A DNA stretch of 61,778 bases from the NCBI RefSeq assembly GCF_001194135.2, contig NC_068997.1, positions 16,197,418 through 16,259,195 on the forward strand. Direction: 5' to 3'. Both the position numbers and the translations under genes were made by a program. Of this stretch, positions 49,660 to 61,778 are shown piece by piece. Under the pieces are notes generated by a model. That model saw nothing but the letters and a program-made list of their open reading frames with translations. It was not told where the DNA came from and searched no databases. This DNA is from Octopus bimaculoides. Taxonomy: Eukaryota. The first letter of the stretch is position 1, and every line of letters begins with the position of its first letter.

Positions 49660-49990
49660 CATCATCGAGTTTGTTTTAACGTCCGACTTTTCCATGCTGT
49701 CATGGGTTGAACATTCTTGCAATCCAGTATGTTTCACCTGTCATTACAATCCTCTGGCATCTAGACCGCATGGCTCAGCATCCATCATAGTGTCCAATCT
49801 CATCACTTCATCCCCATGTCTTCCTTGTTCTTTCTCTGCAGCTGTACATCTTCCTCTTTTTCGCCGAACACTCATTGTCCATTTACATCAATATATCCAC
49901 ATGAATACAATTGCCTGTGTCTCTCCGACACAAACATATCCTTTTTTATGTCCTGCCACTTTCTCAGCTCACGTGTTCTCTCTTCTCTGC
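49660..49990 (-). mobile_element. Degenerate 3' end of an RTE-clade LINE (ORF2 C-terminus + 3' tail)
   Basis: Minus strand gives ..RTRELRKWQDIK..ERHRQLYSCGY.., resembling the RTE C-terminal ELR..R.LRWYGH motif, then ggaagacatgggatgaagtg (RKTW-like) and the tail caacccatgacagcatggaaaagtcggacgttaaa..gatgatgat. Confidence 0.55.
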
Positions 49991-50655
49991 TTGCCGAGCA
50001 AGTAAGACAACATAAGTTGCTGGATTTTGATTCTTTGTGAAATTGACTTTTTCTCGAAAGAAATTCCGCGTCACCACCATCACCGCGATCATCATCATCA
50101 TCATAATTATCCATCATCAGCAGCAGCATTGCATAAGTGTTGTCAAGTTCTACCAAAGAGACGACAGTTCTCAGCAAGTCCACACAATCCAGTTCCGATT
50201 TCAATATTCCCTTCATTTTGTGAATATAACAGTTCAAGAATAGGCATGAATGTCTCAACGTCCCACTTCACTCTCCCTCCATTGCTTCACGCCTATATGA
50301 GAAAATATTATTATGCATATTGTTGTTGACGTTGTTGTTCAAGACATCTCAATATGTCAAACGCTTTCATTTCACCACCCACTTCCATTTCCACCTGTTC
50401 TCTAATCCTAATCTTTTATTTTTAATCCCTCACTAATCCCACTCATTGGACAGGACATATGTATAATCACTTTTACAAGTAATTACAAACCCCTTCATTA
50501 CTCTTTCACTCATACTTTCCCTCTCTCATACTTTCCCTCTCTCATTCTTTTTTCCCCTTTTTCATTTCCTCCTCCTTTTACTTTCTTCGTTTATACTTTA
50601 TCTTGGTTTCTTTTATTTTTAACTCACTTTTTAATGTGTTTTCTCCCCCTCTTTC

Positions 50656-50688
<33 letters not shown>

Positions 50689-50869
50689 GATATTTTCCTT
50701 GTCAACCTTCAATACTTTCACATACACACTCTTTCTCTTTAACTGTGTGTTGTGTCTTCTGACTAGATTGAAACCAAATCCAGGTCACGGTCCATCACTA
50801 AACAATTTATTACAGTTCTTAAAGTGGTATATCGAGGGAGCATCATCAGTGTGGTTCCTCGACCCCGTT

Positions 50870-51032
50870 ACAAATAACACTGAAACCTCCCTTAAATTAC
50901 ACCTTAGCATTCTGAAAAAAAGGGACACTTTGGGTAACGACCGAGGAAAGGACAGAACAAGTCATGGCTGGAATCTTCCTGACTATAGATATGTTCGGCC
51001 AAGAGAGTCCCAGGGCTAAACAACAACAAAAT
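50870..51032 (+). mobile_element. Retroposon family C 3' part
   Basis: ccttaaattacacc...gtcatggctggaatc...cccagggctaaacaacaac. Confidence 0.6.
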
Positions 51033-51785
51033 GTATTGTAGAAACGTAGAGTTATGCAAGGATGAGATATGGGAATGTAATCGATTGAGTCTAATCCTAG
51101 TATATGACTGGTATTTCACGAACGTCTTCGATTGGTAGTGGAGAAGCATCTTGGTGCCAACACGATTTGATCCATTACAGCAAGGCCCTAAAGGGTCTTA
51201 AAAGTTTCCGTGGATTTCCGCCCCGATTCTGCACCGATATATCATCGATGACTGATGATTGCTAATAGCAAAATTACATCGTTATGATAATGATAATTAG
51301 AATAAGAACGGTGATGACAATGACTCTTATGATGCCAGCAGTGATGATGGTGGTCTTGGGAATGGTCAATGACAGTAGTGGAAGCATTGNNNNNNNNNNN
51401 NNNNNNNNNNNNNNNNNNNNNNNNNNNNNNNNNNNNNNNNNNNNNNNNNNNNNNNNNNNNNNNNNNNNNNNNNNNNNNNNNNNNNNNNNNNNNNNNNNNN
51501 NNNNNNNNNNNNNNNNNNNNNNNNNNNNNNNNNNNNNNNNNNNNNNNNNNNNNNNNNNNNNNNNNNNNNNNNNNNNNNNNNNNNNNNNNNNNNNNNNNNN
51601 NNNNNNNNNNNNNNNNNNNNNNNNNNNNNNNNNNNNNNNNNNNNNNNNNNNNNNNNNNNNNNNNNNNNNNNNNNNNNNNNNNNNNNNNNNNNNNNNNNNN
51701 NNNNNNNNNNNNNNNNNNNNNNGTTTATGCAGTACCGGGACGTGTTTATTATTGTTTTAATTTAGTTTCAGAAGTGACGTGTTCT

Positions 51786-51828
<43 letters not shown>

Positions 51829-53322
51829 TACTGGTCTGAGGTTTGAATTCTTTGACCAATTATTCCTTTCGTTTCTTATTGCTCGGCTCATTCTTAACAG
51901 TTTGTTATCGTTGTTTGAATTCTCCGAGAACTGAAATTACAAAGTTTCCAGTATTGGCGAAATCGCAAGAGGACAGGGTGAAATGATTGTGGTATTTAGT
52001 TACGTTTTCGTTTTGTTTCTGCGTTCAAACCCCACAGACATTTATAATACATTTATTTTTTGTGTTATTTTTGCTACTCCATCGGCTGTCAAATAGAGTT
52101 AATCCAAAATATCGAAGATGTATTTATAGGTGCTGTGGTGTATTGACGTTAAGCTAACATACCAGAGATCTGCAGAGGACAGTGTCTTAGCGTTAAGCTG
52201 AAAGCACCAGAGATTTGTCTATGATAATAGCTGGGCTCTTTATCAGAGCTGTATCTCACGTCTGTAGGCGCCTTACGTCGTTAAGTTATAAGATGTAAAG
52301 CTAACACTTCAGTTTTCTTAATGTTATGTAGACGAGAGATAAATCTCCCCTTGGATAGAACACAGCTAACTTCTCTGATCCTAGAACACAAATCTGTTTT
52401 TTTTTTCTTTTTTTTTCATCCGCTTCAAAGGCTGGGTTTTCTGAGCTCATGTAGAGCTAACTCTTCTCTCCGAAAACCGAACACCTACAATAAGTATATT
52501 TTGAACCCTACATTGCTAAAGATGGCCGTCCAAGTATTTTATCTCTGTTCGGCCATTTTGGATTCTCATGACCTAGAATGAAAGATTTCAAGAGCTGACA
52601 AAAATAGATAAATAAAACGAATAAAATCCATAATGAAGTTTCTAAACAAAAAAAAAAAAANNNNNNNNNNAAAAAAAAAAAAAAAAAACGAAAAAGAAAT
52701 TCAAACAATTTCAGACTGAAAAACAAATATATATTTCTACTAACATCGAACTGACACTGGTTGTTTGATGACCTTTTGTTGTTGTTGTTATTGTAATTGT
52801 TGTAGTTATTAAGCTTAGGAGTGGATTTTTTTCTTCTTCTTCTTTATGACCTCTCTTCTCTAAGTTTCCGTTCCGTTTCGTTCAATGCAATTTCTCTCCG
52901 TCATCTCCACCACCACCAACCACTACCAACCACCACTACAATCATCTTCATCATCACCATCACTACTGCAGCCAGTGACCTCTTTCCTCAAATTAACTAA
53001 CCTCCTCTACTCTATAACAATTAGCAGCAACGCTTGTAATACACTGAGATTTAACAATTAGCCCAGCCGTCTAATTAGTTCCTCTGCCAACCGGCGTTGT
53101 CGCTGTAATAAGGAGCGGTAGAGAGACTGTGCTGGATTCTGCCCCTCTCTGATGGTGGCAGTACCACAGTTTAGCATTGAGTTCTGTGTGTATGTGTGTG
53201 CATGTGTATATGTGTATGTGTGTGATCGCGTGCGCGTATGTTTGAGTGTGTGTGGTCTTAACATTGAAATATAATTGGTGGTGTATGAACTACATGTATG
53301 TATGGGAACGTGTGTATTAATG

Positions 53323-53360
<38 letters not shown>

Positions 53361-53524
53361 CTATATACACACGCGCACACAGACTGCAAAACTGTGTGTA
53401 ACTTGCTGCTCACTAGATTTTTTGTTCTCATGCACACACACACACACACACACATACACACATATATATGTATATATTATATAAAGGAAAGCTACATTTA
53501 CCGTCAATGATATTGTCTTCCCCG

Positions 53525-53640
53525 CCAACTCCGATAGTACTACCATCATCATCGTCATCATCATCATCGTCATCATCATCATCGTCATCATCATCATCGT
53601 CATCATCATCATCGTCCTCCTCATCCTCCTCATCATCATC
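53525..53640. repeat. (ATC/GTC/CTC)n array
   Basis: Direct; gives the poly-D/poly-S ORFs. Confidence 0.95.
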
Positions 53641-54636
53641 TTCTGTACTTACATCACAGTCATCACCACTACAACCACGAGCCTCATCACCACTTGCTGC
53701 CACTGTCGTTAATTACCACTAACATCAGAGCCGCCAAACCACCATCAATATTGTTATCATCGTTATTATTCATAATTATTGTTGTTCTTATCGTTATTGT
53801 TATTATTATTATTATCATTATTATTATTGGTGTTATTTTATATATATATATATATATTTTTTCTTTCCNNNNNNNNNNNNNNNNNNNNNNNNNNNNNNNN
53901 NNNNNNNNNNNNNNNNNNNNNNNNNNNNNNNNNNNNNNNNNNNNNNNNNNNNNNNNNNNNNNNNNNNNNNNNNNNNNNNNNNNNNNNNNNNNNNNNNNNN
54001 NNNNNNNNNNNNNNNNNNNNNNNNNNNNNNNNNNNNNNNNNNNNNNNNNNNNNNNNNNNNNNNNNNNNNNNNNNNNNNNNNNNNNNNNNNNNNNNNNNNN
54101 NNNNNNNNNNNNNNNNNNNNNNNNNNNNNNNNNNNNNNNNNNNNNNNNNNNNNNNNNNNNNNNNNNNNNNNNNNNNNNNNNNNNNNNNNNNNNNNNNNNN
54201 NNNNNNNNNNNNNNNNNNNNNNNNNNNNNNNNNNNNNNNNNNNNNNNNNNNNNNNNNNNNNNNNNNNNNNNNNNNNNNNNNNNNNNNNNNNNNNNNNNNN
54301 NNNNNNNNNNNNNNNNNNNNNNNNNNNNNNNNNNNNNNNNNNNNNNNNNNNNNNNNNNNNNNNNNNNNNNNNNNNNNNNNNNNNNNNNNNNNNNNNNNNN
54401 NNNNNNNNNNNNNNNNNNNNNNNNNNNNNNNNNNNNNNNNNNNNNNNNNNNNNNNNNNNNNNNNNNNNNNNNNNNNNNNNNNNNNNNNNNNNNNNNNNNN
54501 NNNNNNNNNNNNNNNNNNNNNNNNNNNNNNNNNNNNNNNNNNNNNNNNNNNNNNNNNNNNNNNNNNNNNNNNNNNNNNNNNNNNNNNNNNNNNNNNNNNN
54601 NNNNNNNNNNNNNNNNNNNNNNNNNNNNNNNNNNNN

Positions 54637-54677
<41 letters not shown>

Positions 54678-55090
54678 GTATGTGTGTATGTATGTACAGT
54701 GTGTGTGTATTGTTCCTCACAGATACTCAGTATCATGGACTCTATGGTACAATCATGGTGAAAGTACTTTTAGCCACTTTACAGTGGCATTTTTGAGATG
54801 GTGAAATCCTGGTCACAGGAGTAACAATGCTTCTTTCTTATGTCACGACCTCCAGCAAGTACACTTTTCTTCTTTCTAAGCTGGTATATTTTACCGCCTG
54901 GTTGTTCGTATGATTTCAAATAATATTGTTGTGTTTTGGGTTTAAATGCACATTCCTTGATTCTCATCTGAGAGAATTCAAATATGTCATCAAACTACTA
55001 CAAAACTCCCATGCTATTCGACATCCTGTGATGGAATCATTTTTACCATGGTGGTATACAAGGGAGATTCATTTTCTATTGAAGGCAATT

Positions 55091-55232
55091 CAACGTGGTC
55101 ACCCGTCCTGCTAGAAGTAGCAGCTAAATTCTTTCAGATTATATCATGTCTTCAAAAAAAAAATGGTAAAGAACCATTTGGACTGTGTAGCTCCTAGATA
55201 CACTAGACTGGAAGGAAAACGGGATTGTTACC
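55091..55232 (+). mobile_element. Retroposon family C fragment
   Basis: cctgctagaagtagcagctaaattct core. Confidence 0.5.
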
Positions 55233-57567
55233 ATTAGAACAGTATTAGTTTCGGCGGATTATTAGTAATCTGGGGCTAAAGAACAAAACTAAGGGATTCA
55301 GTACTTTATCCAAGGACACTGCAGTTCTGTATTCCGTCTCTTCGTTTCTTTCTCTCGTTTTCTCTTTGTTCATACTTTCAATGTTGTTAGATATGGCAGG
55401 GAGTAAGGATTTTACAGTGCTTTGATTGGTCAAAACCAAATCGCCACTAACTGTCAACAGACTCTCCTGTAAAAATTAGTGTAGGGTCATATGTTACTAA
55501 TTCATGTTTAACCCATCTCCCTTGTCTCTTTTTATGTATATTCTGTTTCCACGTCAACCTTGTTTATATCTCAAGAGGCAGCTTTCAACGCACTTGATAA
55601 GGTTTTAGCTGTTTGTTTATTTAACTGGTGCTACTGGTGATTTCGTGACTGACTCGCTCTCACTGATTGTGTGATTGTGTGAAAGGTTCTGCGTACAATA
55701 AATCTTGACAGGGTTTATCTGGCTTCGCTGGACCGGCTGAGATATAGCTCAAATATATTCGATGAAAGAAGAGAATCTTGAACTAATTTCCAGCACGTGG
55801 GAGTTGAGTGAAAGAAAAGAAACAATGTCCCTGGTTAAGAGATACATCTTCTCTTAGTATCCGCATGGTGGGTGATCAGAATGCCTTCAAAGTATTCCTC
55901 GTTTGTTTTATAAATAGTTAAGCTTTCAGTATATCTGGACGGGAAGCTGTCCACTTTTGACAGATGTGTTTTGGAAACATGAAAACTGGAACCCGAGGGA
56001 ACAGTTGACGATCTGTTCCGGCAATAATAGTTATAAAATCCAGTGTTACCTTTTTACTCTGCCAATAGACCCATGTCCGAAACGTTACACTTTTTCAGTC
56101 TTCACACCAAGCAGACTTACTGACACCTACAAACACTTTTTATCTGTTAAAAAGCTTAGCTATATTTCAGAAGACACTTTGAGCCTCAAACCTTATTTAC
56201 TAAGAGAAGAAGTGAAAGCATGGCTGGTCTAATTACTTCTTTGCTGAGTAATAGACGTTCTTTCCCGCCCGTCTGGTTGTAATTGCTTTAATTTTGGAAG
56301 TATGTGAGTTGTTTTGATCTATTCTTTCTTAGAGAATCTTACCACCAGATATGTCTCAAGTAATATGCGTTACCGTTCACCTGAAGAGCTTCTATACGGT
56401 TTGCTGGGGCTGCTTGAAACAGCTCCCTTATCTCACTTAACGACACTCCACAGTGTATCTGAGACAAAGACGGGAAATCAGTAAGGTGCTTTTGATCGTA
56501 AGTCTACTGGATCAGTATTGGCCTGGGGTTAAACAAAAACGAACGACGCACGTTGTTACGTAACTAATGTTATAACCGAAGAAAAGGGAGAACGGAATAG
56601 AACCCCCTGAATACATTTGAATACAGTGTAGTTGTTACTGAAGACCCAGTGATGAGAGTGAAAGACATCTAGTTTACATCGTTCACCGAGTGATGCCAAC
56701 TAGATGTCATTAAACATTTATTCTGGAGTTCTGCCCAGTAGATATGTATACTTGAATAATCTCCAGAAAAATCAGATAACAATAAACCGGTTGTTGTTGT
56801 TGTGGTGGTGGTGGTTCTGCATGTGGTGGTGGTGGTGGTGGTTGTTTAACCTCAAGTCGGTCCTGACCGGGTAGACACATGATCACCGACATGTAAATTT
56901 CGTCTTTGTTTTTTTATCGTATCTTGACATAGCGATATCTTGGATTATGTGACTTTTTTTTTTTTTTTACTTTTCTCTTGTTTTTAAGACGGTAAGATGT
57001 GATTTGTGGGAGACTCTGGCTGCTGTTTCTAGCACTTCCATTATCCACGTAGATTTCTTCGGTTTGCAATTTGTAATAAACGAATTTCACTAGTCGTCGT
57101 CTGTATGCCATCGTTTTTACTGTCTCACATGTATGTAGGACAAGTTTGCAAATATTTAATTAGCTGTTCTACTGCACTATTCGAAAGTGCCAAACTTGTC
57201 TAGATTAAAGCGTAAACATTTGGTACCATAATTAAGTAGTTCCAAATCTGAATATATGATCAGGACATAAAGAGAAGCTGCAAGTTTTTCAATGATTTCT
57301 CCATCACGGTTTTGTGACTGTTGTGTATTTTCTTCTCCCCGACATTTTTTTTTATTTTAAAACCTTCACTTTTCTCTGGTTTATCTATTTTCCTTCTACA
57401 ACTGTAATTGTTTCATTCATTTTATATTAAAACCTTTCCTGGGTATATACGTATGTATATAGATGTGTATGTCTGTGTGTGTGTGTGTGTACATATGTAT
57501 ATATATGTCGGTTGGGCCGTGTTAAAATCTATGTACATTTCCGCATGCACATATACTTACGTTTGTA

Positions 57568-57602
<35 letters not shown>

Positions 57603-58804
57603 GTCACTTGAGACTACGCATGGGCGTTGGTCAGTTGTCATAATTACTGCCTCGTAATTAATTAGTAGTCAAAATGTTGAACGCCTAAGAAGACTTTTAG
57701 ACAGACCGGTCGAGAAGTGGCGATGGTGGTAGCAGTGGTTGCTGACGAGAAGTGACGGTGACGTCGGCTGACAGCGCTGATGGTAGTAATAGCAGTGGTT
57801 AGTAATGTTAGTTGAAGTGATGGACGTGGATGAAAATGAAAATGTCAATATGACTTTTTAGTTAGGCGACAGCAACAGCAACAAGCACATTAATTTAATG
57901 CATTAATACAGCTGTGTGCGTGTGTGAGGAAATTATCATTAACCTTAATGACTTTTTTTTTTTTACTTCTCATTACGAGTTAAATTTCGATTGGTTAAAA
58001 ATTATTCTTGGCTCACTACACTAAGTATGTTAACTCGCACTTAACTGTATGTTTCTCATGCAGAAGACACTCGTGGGAATTTTACCAATGTCATTATTTT
58101 AAATTGCCTAATTAGGTGAATTGATCTTCATGCAAAAAGTAAAAAAAAAAAAAAAGACCTTATCCTTACGGTCGTTTCTATGATGCATCAAGTACGCGTT
58201 AGTCTACGCTTCATTAAGAGGTTTCATAAAACCGAAGCATGTTCGCAGTTGTGTTACCTTGTATGATAAACGTATAGNNNNNNNNNNNNNNNNNNNNNNN
58301 NNNNNNNNNNNNNNNNNNNNNNNNNNNNNNNNNNNNNNNNNNNNNNNNNNNNNNNNNNNNNNNNNNNNNNNNNNNNNNNNNNNNNNNNNNNNNNNNNNNN
58401 NNNNNNNNNNNNNNNNNNNNNNNNNNNNNNNNNNNNNNNNNNNNNNNNNNNNNNNNNNNNNNNNNNNNNNNNNNNNNNNNNNNNNNNNNNNNNNNNNNNN
58501 NNNNNNNNNNNNNNNNNNNNNNNNNNNNNNNNNNNNNNNNNNNNNNNNNNNNNNNNNNNNNNNNNNNNNNNNNNNNNNNNNNNNNNNNNNNNNNNNNNNN
58601 NNNNNNNNNNNNNNNNNNNNNNNNNNNNNNNNNNNNNNNNNNNNNNNNNNNNNNNNNNNNNNNNNNNNNNNNNNNNNNNNNNNNNNNNNNNNNNNNNNNN
58701 NNNNNNNNNNNNNNNNNNNNNNNNNNNNNNNNNNNNNNNNNNNNNNNNNNNNNNNNNNNNNNNNNNNNNNNNNNNNNNNNNNNNNNNNNNNNNNNNNNNN
58801 NNNN

Positions 58805-58841
<37 letters not shown>

Positions 58842-58979
58842 TACGACGGGCTTCTTTCAGTTTCCGTCTACCAAATCCACTCACAAGGCTTTGGTCGGCC
58901 CGAGGCTATAGTAGAAGACACTTGCCGAAGATGCCACGCAGTGGGACTGAACCCGGAACCATGTGGTTGGTAGGCAAGC
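58805..58979 (-). mobile_element. SINE family A 5' half, CpG intact
   Basis: Near-identical to 21564-21640; the minus strand reads ggttccgggttcagtccc (tRNA B-box-like). Confidence 0.85.
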
Positions 58980-59859
58980 GCCTATTTTCACGCTGAGTTC
59001 CATTCAACGGCGCATGTTAAAACCGGTGGCATTTCGAAGCTGTCCGTAGAAGCATTCGATGACGAAAGATTATACCAACGTCCTCACCACTTGCTACTTC
59101 AAGTGACATCTCTGGTTATGTTCGTGGTAGCGTCCAATTAAACTAGATTATCTTCTTTTTCTGGTTGTGGTTTGGTACGGAGTGGGTGGTGGTATCTCCT
59201 CCATATATATACTAGCTTTTCACTAAAGTCACTTCTAGCTAGCACATCATTATGGTAAGAGGCTGACCTGTTAAATAAGTCTCTTGCTTGCGAATAGATC
59301 TATCACTGTCCTATATATTCTCCGGTTCTGTAGGATTTTGGCCGTATTTAAATCTAGTGTTATTAGTAGTCTTTTATACTTTAAGTAAGTGCTAATTGTT
59401 ATGCTTAAGTAAAATTCCTTGAATATCTCTTAATGATTTTAAATCTGCACGCGGTATGGCCGCTTATATTCTGAGATTGCTAAGCCATCATCTCTGTGCA
59501 TTCCGGAGCTACAGGTACACACTCGCGTGCGCGAGCAAACACACACTATGTTCTTATGCTCATCATAGGTTTGCATAATAGATTCTTCTCAACCACTCTA
59601 AATATCAACCACCACTGTTTATTTTTGAAACAACAGTTATATCGATATAGTAAGGAAAACTATTTTCGAAATAGCAGCGTAAAATAAATTATTTTGCACT
59701 TATTTTTTAAAATTTGTTTTTAGCATTGAATATTCTTTTTACATCCTCTTAGATAACACGTGTCTATATATCTTCATTCTTCTATAGTTTCTTTCTTTGT
59801 TTCTTTCTTTTTTCACTTGACGCGTTTTAGCCGAATAAATCGACCTCTGTTTGTTATTT

Positions 59860-59969
59860 ACCTGACGTCTGGTATTTATTTTATCGGGGCCTTTTGGCGA
59901 ACCGCTAAGTTACAAGTATGTAAACAATCCAACACGGTTGTCAAGCAGCATTGGGGAGCAAGCACAAAG

Positions 59970-60008
<39 letters not shown>

Positions 60009-60010
60009 AA
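59860..60010 (-). mobile_element. SINE family A 3' half
   Basis: ggtatttattttatcgg...cgaaccgctaagttac...ggttgtcaagc followed by (CA)n, matching 21440-21540. Confidence 0.7.
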
Positions 60011-60842
60011 CACTTTATACACAAATACACACTAAGCNNNNNNNNNNNNNNNNNNNNNNNNNNNNNNNNNNNNNNNNNNNNNNNNNNNNNNNNNNNNNNN
60101 NNNNNNNNNNNNNNNNNNNNNNNNNNNNNNNNNNNNNNNNNNNNNNNNNNNNNNNNNNNNNNNNNNNNNNNNNNNNNNNNNNNNNNNNNNNNNNNNNNNN
60201 NNNNNNNNNNNNNNNNNNNNNNNNNNNNNNNNNNNNNNNNNNNNNNNNNNNNNNNNNNNNNNNNNNNNNNNNNNNNNNNNNNNNNNNNNNNNNNNNNNNN
60301 NNNNNNNNNNNNNNNNNNNNNNNNNNNNNNNNNNNNNNNNNNNNNNNNNNNNNNNNNNNNNNNNNNNNNNNNNNNNNNNNNNNNNNNNNNNNNNNNNNNN
60401 NNNNNNNNNNNNNNNNNNNNNNNNNNNNNNNNNNNNNNNNNNNNNNNNNNNNNNNNNNNNNNNNNNNNNNNNNNNNNNNNNNNNNNNNNNNNNNNNNNNN
60501 NNNNNNNNNNNNNNNNNNNNNNNNNNNNNNNNNNNNNNNNNNNNNNNNNNNNNNNNNNNNNNNNNNNNNNNNNNNNNNNNNNNNNNNNNNNNNNNNNNNN
60601 NNNNNNNNNNNNNNNNNNNNNNNNNNAAGAACATTAAATATAAGCTAAAAAAACGCCAACAACAACAACAACAAAAAAAAACGAAAACAAGAAAAAAGAT
60701 CTGAAGTTATTTAATTAATTTCGTTGTTGCTCATTATTACTTTGCTTTTGTTGCTGCGACTTTCGGTGGAATCTCTGCTGACAAAACACATTTGCATACA
60801 TGCATAGCTGCATAGTTGCACACTTTTCACACACACACACAC

Positions 60843-60879
<37 letters not shown>

Positions 60880-61684
60880 CACACATTTATTACAACCTCC
60901 CTCTCCATTCACAGTAAACAGTTTATACTTCCACACCTGAAAGTTTCTCCTTTTTATCTTAGACCTGCTTTTCTATGAATTACTAGATTCACACACACAC
61001 ACACACACATTGGCTAGTACACACGTACACACATACACTTATCTGTATATATATATGTAGATAGATAGATAGATAGATAGATTAGAACATCCATAATGTT
61101 CGTTCTGTGTATGTGTACGTGTACACAGATATGTAATTAAGAAATTTTACCGGCGTTTGAATGATAATTTAACTTTCTGTGTGTATGAATGTATGTATGT
61201 GTATGTGTGTGTGTGTGCTTGCGTCCTTGCGTGCCTGTGTTTATTGTCTTACAACATGGCCAGATGTTACGACTTCCGTCTCCTCAGATGTATAAGTAGA
61301 CAGGTTACACATCCCTGTTTTGCTAAAAACACAGACCTTCCACATTCTCCTTAGTGGATCGATCACGTAGAAGAAAAACTAGCCGACCTATGACACAATG
61401 TGTTCTGTCGATTGACCGGAAGTTCCTTTTTGACAGCAAGGTGCGATTTGATGAAGATTCGGTTGCTGTTTCTAGCAAAACGAGCCCCACAGCTTAGACT
61501 AGGTCGTGATGTTGGCTTGCAGTTGCCATTGTGAATAGTGCCATGGAATCTCTTCTCTCCACGTCCTTTATATGTCCTGTTGCTGCGTCTTGTGCATTCA
61601 TTCCGCTAACCCGGTTAGCTATCTCCTTCTGCCCTTCCTATACAATGCACACACCGTCTTCTAAATTTTCTTACTGGAAAACTA

Positions 61685-61685
<1 letters not shown>

Positions 61686-61743
<58 letters not shown>

Positions 61744-61778
61744 CATCTATCTATCTGTCTATCTATCTATCTATCTAT
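61686..61778. repeat. (CT)n then (ATCT)n microsatellites
   Basis: Direct. Confidence 0.95.

Larger units (their letters stand above)
9532..60627. other. Twelve assembly gaps: 9532-10029, 10686-11513, 21644-22170, 22818-23795, 42894-43264, 44214-44320, 46752-47269, 51390-51722, 52661-52670, 53869-54636, 58278-58804, 60038-60627
   Basis: N runs totalling ~6,055 nt; small exons could be hidden in them. Confidence 0.99.

Noticed and set aside
57139-57200. 10-bp inverted repeat GACAAGTTTG...CAAACTTGTC
   Set aside because: Several are expected by chance given the range of spacer lengths.
10030-58840. (TA)n tracts on the right flank of five gaps
   Set aside because: Best explained as assembly breakpoints at long AT microsatellites.
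9384-60637. Long ORFs of 150-417 aa containing X runs
   Set aside because: Artefacts of N gaps lacking stop codons.
26411-60797. ATTTGCAT octamer sites (26411, 27533, 35076, 60790)
   Set aside because: The count is close to random expectation for this base composition.
1-61778. tRNA genes, rRNA, known miRNA hairpins, CRISPR arrays
   Set aside because: tRNA-like A/B boxes occur only as SINE heads without cloverleaf 3' halves; no rRNA, recognisable miRNA or repeat-spacer array was seen by eye (tRNAscan/Infernal not run).

Overview
Animal genomic DNA, AT-rich and saturated with microsatellites. About 6.05 kb (~10%) is N, in 12 gaps. The repeat families and simple-repeat density point to a coleoid cephalopod, probably Octopus; that is pattern recognition, not a database result. 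Only one protein-coding segment is supportable: a 3.27-kb exon (36510-39783, + strand) encoding the N-terminal ~1073 aa of a zfh2/ZFHX3/ZFHX4-family zinc-finger-homeobox factor. It has ~10 zinc-finger-like motifs, no homeodomain within the window, and ends at a phase-1 GT donor. The rest looks like 5' intron/upstream DNA and a >22-kb downstream intron. These hold several tRNA-type SINE families, an RTE-like LINE remnant, a piggyBac-like MITE and long triplet/dinucleotide arrays, which (with the N gaps) explain nearly all other ORFs in the track. I found no unequivocal new biological system. The best leads are: (1) three upstream ATGs, one per frame, packed before the ZFHX start; (2) a sharp CpG-depleted versus CpG-retaining domain switch around the exon; (3) a dense TGTGAC/GTCACATGAC motif cluster at ~11.8-12.5 kb; (4) a perfect 25-bp inverted repeat at 7929-8048; (5) a candidate 59-nt poison exon; (6) modular SINEs that share a 3' tail with the RTE LINE.
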